Shown here: positions 9,858-20,399 of the stretch, one piece after another
How positions within the stretch are numbered: position 1 is the stretch's first letter
How the letters are laid out: each line of letters starts with the position of its first letter
Source: an uncultured archaeon
GTDB lineage: Archaea > Asgardarchaeota > Lokiarchaeia > Sigyniarchaeales > SOKP01
Length of the DNA: 64,000 nt
Reading direction: 5' to 3'
Assembly (NCBI GenBank): GCA_964508365.1
Contig: CAZDTP010000011.1
Span: 14,234-78,233 of the forward strand
Notes under the pieces: generated by a model
What the model saw: only the letters and a program-made list of their open reading frames with translations
The model's database searches: none
What the model was told of the DNA's origin: nothing
Translations under genes and position numbers: made by a program

Positions 9858-10367
9858 ATGAAAAAGGATACAGAGGAATTAACTATCCCTTTCAAGAAAG
9901 TTAATAAAGAAACAATCATCCCTAAACCTTCAAAGAAAGGAGATGCTGGTGCTGATGCCCATATAATGGGTTTTAAGAAAATTATTAATGAAAACGGTAA
10001 AAAAGAATTAATAGAAATTAATTCTGACACTTATACCCTAAAACCATTAGAGCGAATCGGCTGCCCCTTAGGTTTTGCAACAGCTATCCCAAAAGGATAT
10101 TACTTTAAGGTCGTTCCTCGTAGTGGCTTAGGTTTGTGGGAAGGTTTATCTATAGTAAATTCTCCCGGCACGATTGATACTGGGTATAGAAATGAATGGA
10201 TGGCGGTCGTTGTAAACCTTTCAAATATAGATATAACTTTAAGAAGAGGAGAAAGGATATGTCAGATAATTCTAGGCAAAATCCATCATTACAAATTTAA
10301 AGAAACTGATGAATTACCAGAATCCGAGCGAGGATTAGCAGGTTTCGGCAGTACTGGTAAAAAATGA
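9858..10367 (+). CDS. dut: dUTP diphosphatase
   Basis: Motifs AGAD, PRSGL, GTIDTGYR, GERICQ and RGLAGFGSTG. Confidence 0.93.
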   Translation: MKKDTEELTIPFKKVNKETIIPKPSKKGDAGADAHIMGFKKIINENGKKELIEINSDTYTLKPLERIGCPLGFATAIPKGYYFKVVPRSGLGLWEGLSIVNSPGTIDTGYRNEWMAVVVNLSNIDITLRRGERICQIILGKIHHYKFKETDELPESERGLAGFGSTGKK

Positions 10368-10408
10368 AATGGATTAAATATTAATCTCAAAATTTTAACT
10401 TCATTATT

Positions 10409-10621
10409 ATGTCAGAACTATCAATAGAAGAAGTTTTTATTATCAAAAAGTTAGAAGAAAATAGCGGAAAATTGATTTATAAAGAATTACAAACGCTCTG
10501 CCAAGAGGAATTTGAGGGTGTTAGGTTAATCTTGAAAAAATTAAAGGAAAAACAGATTGTAAGTTATGAGGGAGTAATCCCAGGGTATTCCGCGGAAATT
10601 ATACTTAAAGAAATCTCTTAG
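10409..10621 (+). CDS. Small hypothetical protein, winged-helix-like
   Basis: 70 aa with a helix-helix-helix-beta pattern (LKKLKEKQIVSYEG); directly after dut. Confidence 0.55.
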   Translation: MSELSIEEVFIIKKLEENSGKLIYKELQTLCQEEFEGVRLILKKLKEKQIVSYEGVIPGYSAEIILKEIS

Positions 10622-10765
10622 GTTTAAAAGTATATTGATTTGAACTTCCCTCGAATTTTTTTATATGATATATTGACATTAGTTTTAAATAAAATCTATA
10701 TTTTAAGATTAATTACTAAAATTAATTGGTTATATTGAATAAAACCCAAACATTTTTGTCTAATT

Positions 10766-12277
10766 TTGATTGAAAATAAAAATATTGAGCTATTTAAAGA
10801 TCATTTTCTCCATTCCTTCTTAAACCCGAGAAGTATAGCAGTATTTGGGGCAAATAATGACTTACTTAATACGATGGGTTCGATGCAGCTTCGAAATATC
10901 ATTGCAGGAGAGGGGGTTGATGATATTTATCCAGTTCATCCACGATTAGATAAAATTCAGGGCTTTAAAGCTTATCAATCAGTATTAGAGCTTCCTGTTA
11001 CACCTGATCTTGCATTTCTTATATTACCTACAAGAATAGTTCCTCAGGTTATGGAAGAATGTGGAGAAAAAGGAATAAAAAACCTTTTAATAACTTCTGG
11101 TGGATTTAGAGAAATTGGAAAAGATGGTGTTCAGTTATCACAAGAAATTGATAAAATTGCTAAAAAATACAAGATGAGGTTTATTGGTCCAAATTGTTTG
11201 GGAATATATAACGCTTGGTATAGGTTTCCTGAAAAAGAAGATGCATACTTAAACACTTTTTGGCCTTACGCTGTTCCAAAAAAAGGGAATATTTCTATTA
11301 TAAGCCAATCCGGAACAGTAGCAGCTCAAACTTTTTGGCACGCAAAAGAGATGGGCGTAAACATTAGTAAATCTCTTTCTGTTGGAAATGAAAGAAATAT
11401 TGACATGGTAGATTTCTTAGAATATTTTAAAAACGATCCTCACACTGGCGTCATCGGGCTTTACATAGAAGAAATTAAGCGGGGTAAAGAATTTATTCAA
11501 TTAATAAAGGAAATAACCCCAAATAAGCCTGTTGTGGCTATATACACGGGAGGAACTAAAGCAGCAAATAGATCTATTAAAAGCCACACTGGTTCTTTAG
11601 GGGGGGATCAAAAGATTTATGACGCAGTTTTTAAAGAAGTAGGTATAATTCCAACAAATTCCATTACGGATTTCTTATATTATTTGAGGACATTGTCTTT
11701 CGCTCAAAAATACAATATATTTATGAAAGGAAATAGAGTAGGGATTATTACTGATTCTGGTGGAAGTGGCTCAATGATGACAAAATCTTCAGAGTTATAT
11801 GGGTTAGTGGTTCCAGAATTTTCTAAACAACTAAAGGACGAGCTTACGGAGTTAATACCGTTTACTGCCAGTGCTAGGAATCCTATCGATGTTACTTTCG
11901 ATGTTAACTTCCTAAATATTTTCTATAAATTTCCAAAAATGCTTATGAAATCGGGAGAAGTAGATTGCATTATTGCCTGGGGTGTGTTCGATTTCGATGA
12001 TATTATAAAGACTATTGAACAATCGGGAATGAAAGTCGATGAAAATCTAAAAAATATGGATACAATGCTTGATCGAACTATTTTACGACCTATTAGAAAA
12101 CTAATGAAAAAATTTTCTATCCCTGTTTATTTTTGTGGACCTTTTCCATATAGATTTCCATGGTTTCAAAAATTTATATCGTACGATCTACCTATTTTTG
12201 ACTTTTGGGATGCTCCGCCTAAATGTTTGAAGATTTTATATGAATATTCCCAGTATCGCAGAGATCATTCCTTATAG
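10766..12277 (+). CDS. acdA: Acyl-CoA synthetase (ADP-forming), alpha subunit
   Basis: CoA-binding start PRSIAVFGA; motifs IGPNCLG, SQSG, SHTGSL (phospho-His) and NPIDVT; TTG start. Confidence 0.85.
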   Translation: MIENKNIELFKDHFLHSFLNPRSIAVFGANNDLLNTMGSMQLRNIIAGEGVDDIYPVHPRLDKIQGFKAYQSVLELPVTPDLAFLILPTRIVPQVMEECGEKGIKNLLITSGGFREIGKDGVQLSQEIDKIAKKYKMRFIGPNCLGIYNAWYRFPEKEDAYLNTFWPYAVPKKGNISIISQSGTVAAQTFWHAKEMGVNISKSLSVGNERNIDMVDFLEYFKNDPHTGVIGLYIEEIKRGKEFIQLIKEITPNKPVVAIYTGGTKAANRSIKSHTGSLGGDQKIYDAVFKEVGIIPTNSITDFLYYLRTLSFAQKYNIFMKGNRVGIITDSGGSGSMMTKSSELYGLVVPEFSKQLKDELTELIPFTASARNPIDVTFDVNFLNIFYKFPKMLMKSGEVDCIIAWGVFDFDDIIKTIEQSGMKVDENLKNMDTMLDRTILRPIRKLMKKFSIPVYFCGPFPYRFPWFQKFISYDLPIFDFWDAPPKCLKILYEYSQYRRDHSL

Positions 12278-12488
12278 GTTGTTCAAAATCTGAAGTTTTT
12301 ATCAAATAAACTACATCGCTTTTATTTTATGTAAGAGAATGGGTTTCTATTTCTCGGTCTAAAATTCGATCTAAGATAACTGAACGCACATCGAGAATAA
12401 AGAGAATATTAAATAGTATAGGATTTATTATTTTAATAATTTATAAATTAGATTTCATGTTCAATTAGGAATAAAATAGTTAAGTAAT

Positions 12489-15400
12489 TTGACACACCCC
12501 AATAGTAGAATAACCGAGTCTATATCTCATCAAGACAATTATAAATTGCTCTTTGATAAAATTCCAATTTCAATTGTATTAATTGACTCCAATGGTCAAG
12601 TGGTTGATATCAACTATGCTACGGAAAATATTTTTGGTTTCGAAAGAAAGGAATTAATTGGTTTTGAGTTTTCAGAATTGTTTATGCTTCCCGCAGCAGA
12701 CAAGGTACCAATGAATAAGGTATTTGATCAATTACTAAAAGGTGGTATCTTTGGTCCAGAAGATATTCAGATATATGACAAACATAAAAATCTCATCTGG
12801 GTTAATGTTATTGCCTCTAAAATTGAGATCGAAAAAAAGAGTTATATTCAAGTTTTAACCCAGGATATCAGTCAGCGTAAAATTTTAGAACAAGAAGTTA
12901 ACGAATCAGAGAAAAGATTTCGTGTTTTGTACGAGTCGTCTCCAATTTCTCTCACAGTAACCAACAGTAAGGGGATAATTCTTAATATTAATTCAGCTAC
13001 AGAAAAAATTTTCGGATACACCAAACGAGAAGCGATTGGTAAAAAATATACCGATTTAGGAATTTATTCTCCGGAGCAAATTGAGATTTTTAAAAATAAT
13101 TTTAAAGAAGCTTTAGCCGGAAAGAAGATAAAACCACAAGATATTAAGATTAAGAGAAAAGATGGAACTTTCGCTTGGATTAACCTTCAAAATTCACTAA
13201 AAAAAATTAACGATGAGGTTTTAATAGAAGGTATAGCTCAAGATATAACAGATAGGAAAAATGCTGAAAAAAAGTTAAGAGAATCAGAAGAGAAATACAG
13301 AAATCTAGCAGATTCTTTACCAGAAGTAATTTTTGAGCTCGATTTAAGTTTTATTATAACATATACCAATTCGATTGCATCCAAAATATTTGGATATACA
13401 AGTGAAGAATTTAAGAAGGGTATGATCATATTTGATTTCATACCACCTGAGGATAAAGAATTAATTCTGAAGCAGACGAAACAAATATTTCGAGGTGAAT
13501 ACATAAAACCTTTACAAACTTGGTTAAAGAGAAAAGATGGAACATTATTTTTCGCATATATTCATGCAAGTCGGATTTTCAAGGAGAATTCAGTCTCTGG
13601 AATGAGATGTATTATACATGATATTACAGAATTGAAAAATTCACAAGAAAAGATTAAGGAATCGGAAGAAAAGTATAGATTATTATCAGAAAATGCACAA
13701 GATTTAATAACAGTCATAGACAATCATTTAAAAATAGATTATATCAATGCGAAAGCTCATAAAAGATTGATGGGATATTCTTCAGAGGATCTTATTGGTA
13801 AAAAAGCATTAGATTTAATCCATCCAGAAGATCGAGAATTAGTCATTAAAGCATTGAATGAAAGATATAGTTCAATAGAAGCAAGGATTAGAAAAAAAAA
13901 CGGGGGATATGTCTGGATGGATACATCTGCTGAGTACTATAAAAATCAAGAAGGTAAAAACTATTTTCTCACAATTTCAAGAGATATAAGCGAAAGAAAG
14001 GAAGCTGCTCAAAAATTAATTGAATCTAAAAAGAAATATAAAGAATTAGCTAACTCATTGCCAGAAGTTATCTTTGATATTGATTTAAATTTTAAACTAG
14101 TCTATACAAACGCGATCGCTTCAAAAGTTTTCGGATATTCTCATGAAGACTTTAAAAAAGGATTAAATGCGTTTCATTTCATTCTGGAAGAAGATAGAGA
14201 TGAAGTTATAAGTAATCTTAGCCTAATTTTTAGGGGTAAAACTATCGATCCTTTAATTATGCAATTAAGAAAAAAAGACGGAACAATTTTTTATGGAAGT
14301 ATAAATGCTACTCCTATTCATGAAGGTACTAAGATTATTGGTATGAGGAGTATTATTCACGATGTTACTGAAATGGTAAAAGCTGAAGAAAGAATAAAAG
14401 AATCTGAAGAGCAGTTCCGAACAATTTCAGAGCAATCTTTAATGGGAATTTCTATAATCCAAGAAGAAAGAATTAAGTATGTGAATAAAACGCTCGCTCA
14501 CTTACTTGGATATTCAGTCGAAGAAATGGTGAATTGGGGTCAGGGAGAGTTTTTTAAAACGATTCATCCCGAGGATAAGAGAAAAATTATTGAGCTCGCT
14601 ACAAAAATTGAAAATCAGGATAATGCTAATCTTCAATATTATGAAGCTCGTGGGATTCATAGAAATGGGAGCACTATATGGTTAGAAATTTACAACAAGC
14701 ATATAAAGTTCCAGAATAAACCTGCATTCTTAGTATCATACATAGATGTAACAGAAAAGAAGAAGGCTAAGGAGGAATTACGACAATCAGAAGAGAAATA
14801 TAGATTCCTTTTTGAGAAATCACCAGTTTCGATTCTACTTATGGACACGAAGGGTAAAATAGAGGATTGCAATCCAGCTTTAGAAAAATTAATTAAATAC
14901 AAGAAGAGTGAACTTATTGGTAATAAATTCGGTAGCCTTTCATTTATTCTTCCAAAATATTTACCCCATTTGTTTAAAAGACTTAAGCAAATTTCAGATG
15001 GAGAAACTATACCCTCTATAGAGATTCAATTAGTTAAAAAAGATGGGAGCCTAGTATGGGTAAATTATGAATCCTCTTTAGTGAAAGTGGGCGATAAAAC
15101 CTACATTATGGTTATGGGTCATGACATATCAGACACAAAAGAAATAGAGATAAAATTAAAGGAATTAAATGAAATGAGAAAGGAATTTATTGATAGAGCT
15201 TCTCACGAATTAAAGACTCCCATAACTACGGTATATGGTGCGTATCAGTTGTTAGACTTGTTACATAAAGATAAGTTCAATCCAGAACAGCTTGAGCTTC
15301 TAGAAATGGCGTCCATTGGAACTAAAAGAATAAAAAAATTAGTTGACGATCTACTTGATGTGTCTCAATTGGAATCTAAAAGTTTTAAAGTAAATAAGAG

Positions 15401-15866
15401 CAGAGCTAACTTAAGCAATATTATTATAAATTGCATCAAAGAAATGAAATATTTTAGCAATAAACGGAATCACGAAATAGACGTTGACATTTTACCCGAA
15501 CTCTATGTGAACATTGATGACTCCCGAATCGAACTGGTATTTACAAATTTAATCTCAAATGCAATTAAATACACTCCTTCAAACGGTAAAATTCAAATAA
15601 ATATGCAGTCTGATGGTAAATTTGCTCAGATAAAAATAAGCGATTCTGGTGTAGGTTTATCTAGCGAAGAAATAAAAAATCTTTTCAAGAAATTTAGCAC
15701 AATTGAATCCCCGCTGAAGAAGGATCTAGATATGGATTTAGGTAGCACCGGTTTAGGGTTATTTCTATCAAAAGAAATTATTAAGCTCCACGGAGGAGAA
15801 ATCTGGGCTGAATCTGAAGGAAAAGGAAAAGGTTCCACCTTTATAGTTAAAATTCCTGTAGAATAA
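12489..15866 (+). CDS. Soluble sensor histidine kinase with seven PAS domains
   Basis: Seven PAS starts (YKLLFDKIP, FRVLYESSP, YRNLADSLP, YRLLSENAQ, YKELANSLP, FRTISEQSL, YRFLFEKSP); H-box ASHELKTP; N-box NLISNAIKY; G-boxes DSGVG and GTGLGL. No TM helix. Confidence 0.93.
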   Translation: MTHPNSRITESISHQDNYKLLFDKIPISIVLIDSNGQVVDINYATENIFGFERKELIGFEFSELFMLPAADKVPMNKVFDQLLKGGIFGPEDIQIYDKHKNLIWVNVIASKIEIEKKSYIQVLTQDISQRKILEQEVNESEKRFRVLYESSPISLTVTNSKGIILNINSATEKIFGYTKREAIGKKYTDLGIYSPEQIEIFKNNFKEALAGKKIKPQDIKIKRKDGTFAWINLQNSLKKINDEVLIEGIAQDITDRKNAEKKLRESEEKYRNLADSLPEVIFELDLSFIITYTNSIASKIFGYTSEEFKKGMIIFDFIPPEDKELILKQTKQIFRGEYIKPLQTWLKRKDGTLFFAYIHASRIFKENSVSGMRCIIHDITELKNSQEKIKESEEKYRLLSENAQDLITVIDNHLKIDYINAKAHKRLMGYSSEDLIGKKALDLIHPEDRELVIKALNERYSSIEARIRKKNGGYVWMDTSAEYYKNQEGKNYFLTISRDISERKEAAQKLIESKKKYKELANSLPEVIFDIDLNFKLVYTNAIASKVFGYSHEDFKKGLNAFHFILEEDRDEVISNLSLIFRGKTIDPLIMQLRKKDGTIFYGSINATPIHEGTKIIGMRSIIHDVTEMVKAEERIKESEEQFRTISEQSLMGISIIQEERIKYVNKTLAHLLGYSVEEMVNWGQGEFFKTIHPEDKRKIIELATKIENQDNANLQYYEARGIHRNGSTIWLEIYNKHIKFQNKPAFLVSYIDVTEKKKAKEELRQSEEKYRFLFEKSPVSILLMDTKGKIEDCNPALEKLIKYKKSELIGNKFGSLSFILPKYLPHLFKRLKQISDGETIPSIEIQLVKKDGSLVWVNYESSLVKVGDKTYIMVMGHDISDTKEIEIKLKELNEMRKEFIDRASHELKTPITTVYGAYQLLDLLHKDKFNPEQLELLEMASIGTKRIKKLVDDLLDVSQLESKSFKVNKSRANLSNIIINCIKEMKYFSNKRNHEIDVDILPELYVNIDDSRIELVFTNLISNAIKYTPSNGKIQINMQSDGKFAQIKISDSGVGLSSEEIKNLFKKFSTIESPLKKDLDMDLGSTGLGLFLSKEIIKLHGGEIWAESEGKGKGSTFIVKIPVE

Positions 15867-15997
15867 TTATTTACTAATCTCGCTTTTTTTCTAAAAATTA
15901 CTCTATTCACTATGTTCAGTTAAATTGAAAAAACCAAATTTAATAGTATTAACTCTATTATTATTTTAAAGCTAAAATGAATAAATTGGTTATTTAG

Positions 15998-17002
15998 ATG
16001 CCTCTCAATTTTTACGATCCACCATTAAAAATATTCAGTTCTTCAAGTACTAAAAAGGGCGTTGAAATTGGGGGAGCCAAATCGATTATAAGTATAGATA
16101 GTGACCATAATTTCTACAACGAAGGAAATGTATATACTGAAATGTCATGGGCTGCTTTCTACGAAGAGGAGGGATTAGAGGATTCTATTGATACTTTTAC
16201 TACCACCGAATTTGACTCGATCCGAGAAGATCCCGAAGCATTAGTAGATACAATTGTAAAAATTATTTATCAGATTATTAATAACCAAAAAATTTTTTAT
16301 GGTATCGCTGACTTTGAGGTAGACGCATTCTTAAATGCGAACACAACTGTGATCCAGGGATTGAAGTTAGATTACGATATCATCAATAAATTACTAGAAG
16401 CTCATAAAAGTACTAGAGAAAGAGACTTATTTCCAAAAATAATAAGTGATAATAAAGACATAATAAAAATTCAAATTGAATTTCAAGGAACAAAGAAAAA
16501 AAATGTTCATATCCAAGGCTCAAAATTAGAGGATTTGATAAATCAATTGCGGTTAGCAAAGGGATTTGCTGTTGGAATTGTATGTACGTCAAGAAACGCT
16601 GCGAATATGTATATAATTAGCGATAATATAGTGTTTAGTAAAGATGAAATCGCCGAAATTTATATTGATAACGATAACATCAAAGTTATAGAATACGGTA
16701 TAAAAAAGAAGTTACTCTTTCCTATTAGTTGGTTTAGGATTGATATTGGAATTCGGAGCTTAGAAACTCTCGAGTTATGGGAACAAATTAAAGATAACCC
16801 AGAACTTAATAAAGCTCTTAGTCATTATGAGCGTTACATAAACGCATTAGTTTATAAAAAATTCAGATCACAAGCTGAATCCCAAAAAATTGGAACGGAT
16901 TCCGAAGAAGATTGGATGATTATGACACCTAAAGAGAGGAAAAAAGCCTTAAGAGATATGGAAAAAGCTATAGATATTCTAAATAAAGAATACAAGGATT
17001 GA
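15998..17002 (+). CDS. Hypothetical protein (334 aa)
   Basis: Long ORF with a normal amino-acid composition; no motif recognised. Confidence 0.7.
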   Translation: MPLNFYDPPLKIFSSSSTKKGVEIGGAKSIISIDSDHNFYNEGNVYTEMSWAAFYEEEGLEDSIDTFTTTEFDSIREDPEALVDTIVKIIYQIINNQKIFYGIADFEVDAFLNANTTVIQGLKLDYDIINKLLEAHKSTRERDLFPKIISDNKDIIKIQIEFQGTKKKNVHIQGSKLEDLINQLRLAKGFAVGIVCTSRNAANMYIISDNIVFSKDEIAEIYIDNDNIKVIEYGIKKKLLFPISWFRIDIGIRSLETLELWEQIKDNPELNKALSHYERYINALVYKKFRSQAESQKIGTDSEEDWMIMTPKERKKALRDMEKAIDILNKEYKD

Positions 17003-17006
17003 GAAG

Positions 17007-17312
17007 TTAATCTTTTACTACTTTTCCTGCTTTAAAAAACCCATCTTTGGTATATTTAGCATTCATTAAAGCTTCTTTATTCGTTAGAGATTTCCAAGGA
17101 ACGTCTTCTCTAAAGATGTTTTTAAGCCCTTCGATTGGATGCGTCATAGGTTTTACATTTGAAGTATCTAGTGAGTCTAATTTCTTAAAATAGCTGAGGA
17201 TGTCCCCTAATTCTTGAGCTAATTTATTCTTTTCTTCCTCTGATAATTCTAAAAGAGCTAACTTAGATATATGTTCTAATGTTTCTTTGGAAAAAGCTTC
17301 TTTTTCTGGCAT
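17007..17312 (-). CDS. gatC: Asp-tRNA(Asn)/Glu-tRNA(Gln) amidotransferase subunit C
   Basis: HISKLALLELSEEE...ILSYFKKLDSLDT..VKPMTHP...NIFRED...DGFFK pattern. Confidence 0.9.
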   Translation of the reverse strand: MPEKEAFSKETLEHISKLALLELSEEEKNKLAQELGDILSYFKKLDSLDTSNVKPMTHPIEGLKNIFREDVPWKSLTNKEALMNAKYTKDGFFKAGKVVKD

Positions 17313-17458
17313 ACTTTGATGGTTAAATTATTCACTAATATGGAAATAATAATTCTTGTTCCTAATTAAGCTTAATCCTCTAATTCTTAAGCTCGCATAA
17401 AAATTGTTCAATAAATAATAATGATAAGAGTTAATTACCTTTTTTTTTTAATTCATAT

Positions 17459-17812
17459 ATGACTGACAAAAAAGAATTAAGAGATGAAATTCCTAGTTAC
17501 GCATATATATCACTTGCACGAAGAGGTATGGAAAAAATTTCTCTAGATCAGTGTTTTTTGAAAAATTGTGATAATGATAGTAGAGAATTGTTAGAACCTT
17601 TTGAAAAAGAAGAATTTGAAGATGATAAAAAAAAAATTACGAAAATTCATATAAAATGTAAGAAGTGTGGAGGAATATTCATCTTAAAATTGGAAGATAT
17701 TAAATCTGTGGCAAAATCTACAAAGGAAATTGAACAAGAACCACTTTCTATGGGATTGGTGTTCGCTCTAGATGAGGAGGGTAATAATTTAGGTCATATC
17801 GGTTATTTTTAA
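17459..17812 (+). CDS. Small Cys-containing hypothetical protein, possible Zn-binding
   Basis: C-x4-C (CFLKNC) and C-x2-C (CKKC) pairs. Confidence 0.6.
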   Translation: MTDKKELRDEIPSYAYISLARRGMEKISLDQCFLKNCDNDSRELLEPFEKEEFEDDKKKITKIHIKCKKCGGIFILKLEDIKSVAKSTKEIEQEPLSMGLVFALDEEGNNLGHIGYF

Positions 17813-17963
17813 TTCAAACGCAAGTTTAATCAAAATGTATATTTACAGGCTTTTTGTGTTTTAGTCATTAGCAAAAATAAATAACTCATCTCTTAAGATA
17901 TTAAATAAACCGTATCATATTTTTTTATTAATAGAAAAACCAATTTATAAATAAGTAAATCAA

Positions 17964-18004
17964 TTTTTATTTTATATTAAAAATCTTACGAGAATTCCCT
18001 AAAT
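17964..18004 (+). repeat. Direct repeat copy 1 (41 bp) upstream of the toxin-antitoxin pair
   Basis: TTTTTATTTTATATTAAAAATCTTACGAGAATTCCCTAAAT; 37/41 identical to copy 2, with a perfect 15-mer AAAAATCTTACGAGA. Confidence 0.8.
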
Positions 18005-18083
18005 TAAATCAGTATGGCAAAAAATAAAAGGGAATACGATACCTTATATTATAGATTCCTATTAATTATTAAAGGAAAATATC

Positions 18084-18269
18084 ATGGCAACTCAAAAGGA
18101 AAATATCATACAAATGATAAAAAATCTTCCTGAGGATATAAGTTTGGAAGATATCATCGAAGCAATATATGTAAGACAAAAAATTGAGAAGGGATTAAAA
18201 GATTCAAAGGAAGGAAATTTATATACACACGAAGAAGCTAAAGAACGCTTAGAAAAATGGTTAAAATAA
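18084..18269 (+). CDS. Putative type II antitoxin
   Basis: 61 aa, acidic core, KIEKGLKDSKEG..THEEAKERL pattern; overlaps the start of the toxin gene. Confidence 0.75.
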   Translation: MATQKENIIQMIKNLPEDISLEDIIEAIYVRQKIEKGLKDSKEGNLYTHEEAKERLEKWLK

Positions 18270-18541
18270 AATGGACTAATCATGCCCTTGAAGAATTGGA
18301 TGATATTGCAAATTATATCTTAAAAGATTCGCCAAAATACGCTCAAATTTTAGTAAAACAAATTTATGAAATGGTGAGTCATCTAAAACAATTTCCAAAA
18401 CTTGGCAGGAAAGTTCCTGAATACGGGGATTCAGATTTAAGAGAGATTCTTTTTAAAACCTATCGTATTATTTATTTAGTCAAGAAGGAGCATCTTGAAA
18501 TTATATCTATTATACATGGAAGTCGAAAACTAAACCTTTAA
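18257..18541 (+). CDS. RelE/ParE-family toxin
   Basis: IKWTNHALEELDDIANYI...LKQFPKLGRKVPE...REILFKTYRIIY...IHGSRKL. Confidence 0.88.
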   Translation: MVKIKWTNHALEELDDIANYILKDSPKYAQILVKQIYEMVSHLKQFPKLGRKVPEYGDSDLREILFKTYRIIYLVKKEHLEIISIIHGSRKLNL

Positions 18542-18615
18542 ATTCTTTTAGTCTAATAGTGTTAAATTAATGGAGTAACCGATATTAAATGGTTAAAATT
18601 AAATCAATGAACTGA

Positions 18616-18656
18616 TTTTTATTTAATATCAAAAATCTTACGAGATTTCCCCAAAT
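18616..18656 (+). repeat. Direct repeat copy 2 (41 bp), abutting the start of the AAA gene
   Basis: TTTTTATTTAATATCAAAAATCTTACGAGATTTCCCCAAAT; its last two bases are the AT of ATG18655. Confidence 0.8.
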
Positions 18657-20382
18657 GTCGACAGAAACAGTAGAAGAAGAATTATTGAGGAAAAAGGTAT
18701 GGAAAATAATCAATATTACCCAAGCGAATCAACTCTTCGTTCACTCCAAGAATCTGGCTATAAATTATTATGACGAAGATACAGCTAAGGTTAAAACAAA
18801 AGTACTGCCAGAAATACTCTCCTTATGCGTTTTAAACGCATTAGTTCCAAATTCAGCAATGTTGCTCGTCGGCGGACACGGTGGGGGAAAAACTAGTCTT
18901 ACAAAACTTTTAGGACGCATGTTTACTGGAAACTCTTTAAACGAGATAGAAAATTCAATAATCCGTGGCCATCCACAATTAACTGAAGAAAAGTTAGTTG
19001 GGACTCTTAAATTAGGTAAATTGATACATGACGGTGAAGAAGAAGTTGTATGGCGACAATTTGTATTGAACTTCTGGAAAATTATAGATGAGGTAAATCG
19101 ATTAACACCTTATGCTCAGGATATACTTTTATCTTTATTGGCTGAGGGAACTATAAAATATTACGATGAAATTAAGTCAATTGATAAATATTGCTTATTT
19201 GCGACAATTAATCCTCAAGATGTCGGTACGTTTGAATTATCTAACCCATTTTTAGACAGATTTGGCATATCGGTACCAATTGTAATGCCTGCAAGTCAAG
19301 ATTTAGAATTGATATTAACTGGCAAAGACGAAAAGTACAGTGGTTTCGACGAACTTATTCAAGTTCCCAAAGTTTTAACTATAGATGAATTAATGGAAAT
19401 CTGGTATTTTGTTAATAAGATTAGCATAAATAAAGAAGTAAATAATTACATTCATGCTATCATAAGGGATTTTACATTATGTGAAAGGGTAGACAAAGGG
19501 AGTTCTGAAAATCTCAAGCCAAGCACGGGTCTATGTTCTGGATGTCACTTTAACACAAATCAGAATGTGTGTAATAAAATCGAGTCAATATTAAGCGTAA
19601 GAGCAGCAAAGGATCTCTTAAGGTATTCGAAAGCTCTTACATGGCTTCTTGATCTCGAAAAAATGGATATAAACCTTGTAAATACTATAGCACCTTATGT
19701 GATTTCTCATAGAGTAAAATATACAAAAAGAGAATTGGAAAAATCACCTTATTGGGGGAACCCTTACGATTTTTCTCGGAGTATTTTAGAACTTATTCAA
19801 AATCGCTTTATTAATCGAGCAGAATGTTATCTAATAGCTGAGCGTTTTAGAGACGGTGAGTCTAAAAGCGATGATTTAACCACTCTAAAGAACTACCAAA
19901 AGAACGATTTAATCGTTAAATACGATTTGATACCTTTTGTAAATTCTGTCAATGACAAGAAATATCCTAAAATAGCCCAAAAAATAAAGGAGGCTTCAAA
20001 GAACGGAAATATTGAAGTTTTAGCTAGTATTCGGAATGATCTAATTGAAAACATTGATTTTCCTAACAGAGCCTATTTAATTAACTTTTGCAATCAAGAG
20101 TTATATAAACAAACAGTTTCAGATTACATTTTTAAGTATGTAAACAACAAAGAGATTTGGGCAGACATAGCAAGCGAGTTTCCTAAATTAGATAAACCAC
20201 TAAAGGAAGCTTTCATGCGGAGACAGACTAAACAAATTAGGACTGAAGATTTACTCATAGAGATCAATGTTACTGGAACAAATGACGATTCTTTGGTCAA
20301 TATTCAAATATCCGGAGGTTCTGAAGCACTGCGATTGAGAAAAATCATAGAACGATTAGATTATATTCAAAGGGAGGATTAA
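18655..20382 (+). CDS. MoxR-like AAA+ ATPase
   Basis: Walker A GGHGGGKT, Walker B IIDEVNR, ATINP, FLDRF; Cys-rich insert CERV...CSGC...C. Confidence 0.82.
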   Translation: MSTETVEEELLRKKVWKIINITQANQLFVHSKNLAINYYDEDTAKVKTKVLPEILSLCVLNALVPNSAMLLVGGHGGGKTSLTKLLGRMFTGNSLNEIENSIIRGHPQLTEEKLVGTLKLGKLIHDGEEEVVWRQFVLNFWKIIDEVNRLTPYAQDILLSLLAEGTIKYYDEIKSIDKYCLFATINPQDVGTFELSNPFLDRFGISVPIVMPASQDLELILTGKDEKYSGFDELIQVPKVLTIDELMEIWYFVNKISINKEVNNYIHAIIRDFTLCERVDKGSSENLKPSTGLCSGCHFNTNQNVCNKIESILSVRAAKDLLRYSKALTWLLDLEKMDINLVNTIAPYVISHRVKYTKRELEKSPYWGNPYDFSRSILELIQNRFINRAECYLIAERFRDGESKSDDLTTLKNYQKNDLIVKYDLIPFVNSVNDKKYPKIAQKIKEASKNGNIEVLASIRNDLIENIDFPNRAYLINFCNQELYKQTVSDYIFKYVNNKEIWADIASEFPKLDKPLKEAFMRRQTKQIRTEDLLIEINVTGTNDDSLVNIQISGGSEALRLRKIIERLDYIQRED

Positions 20383-20399
20383 TTTAATCTTTTTTTGAA

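Noticed and set aside
18566-18579. 14-mer ATTAATGGAGTAAC also found at 23336-23349
   Set aside because: Exact matches of this length are expected by chance in 64 kb of AT-rich DNA, and the flanks do not extend the match.
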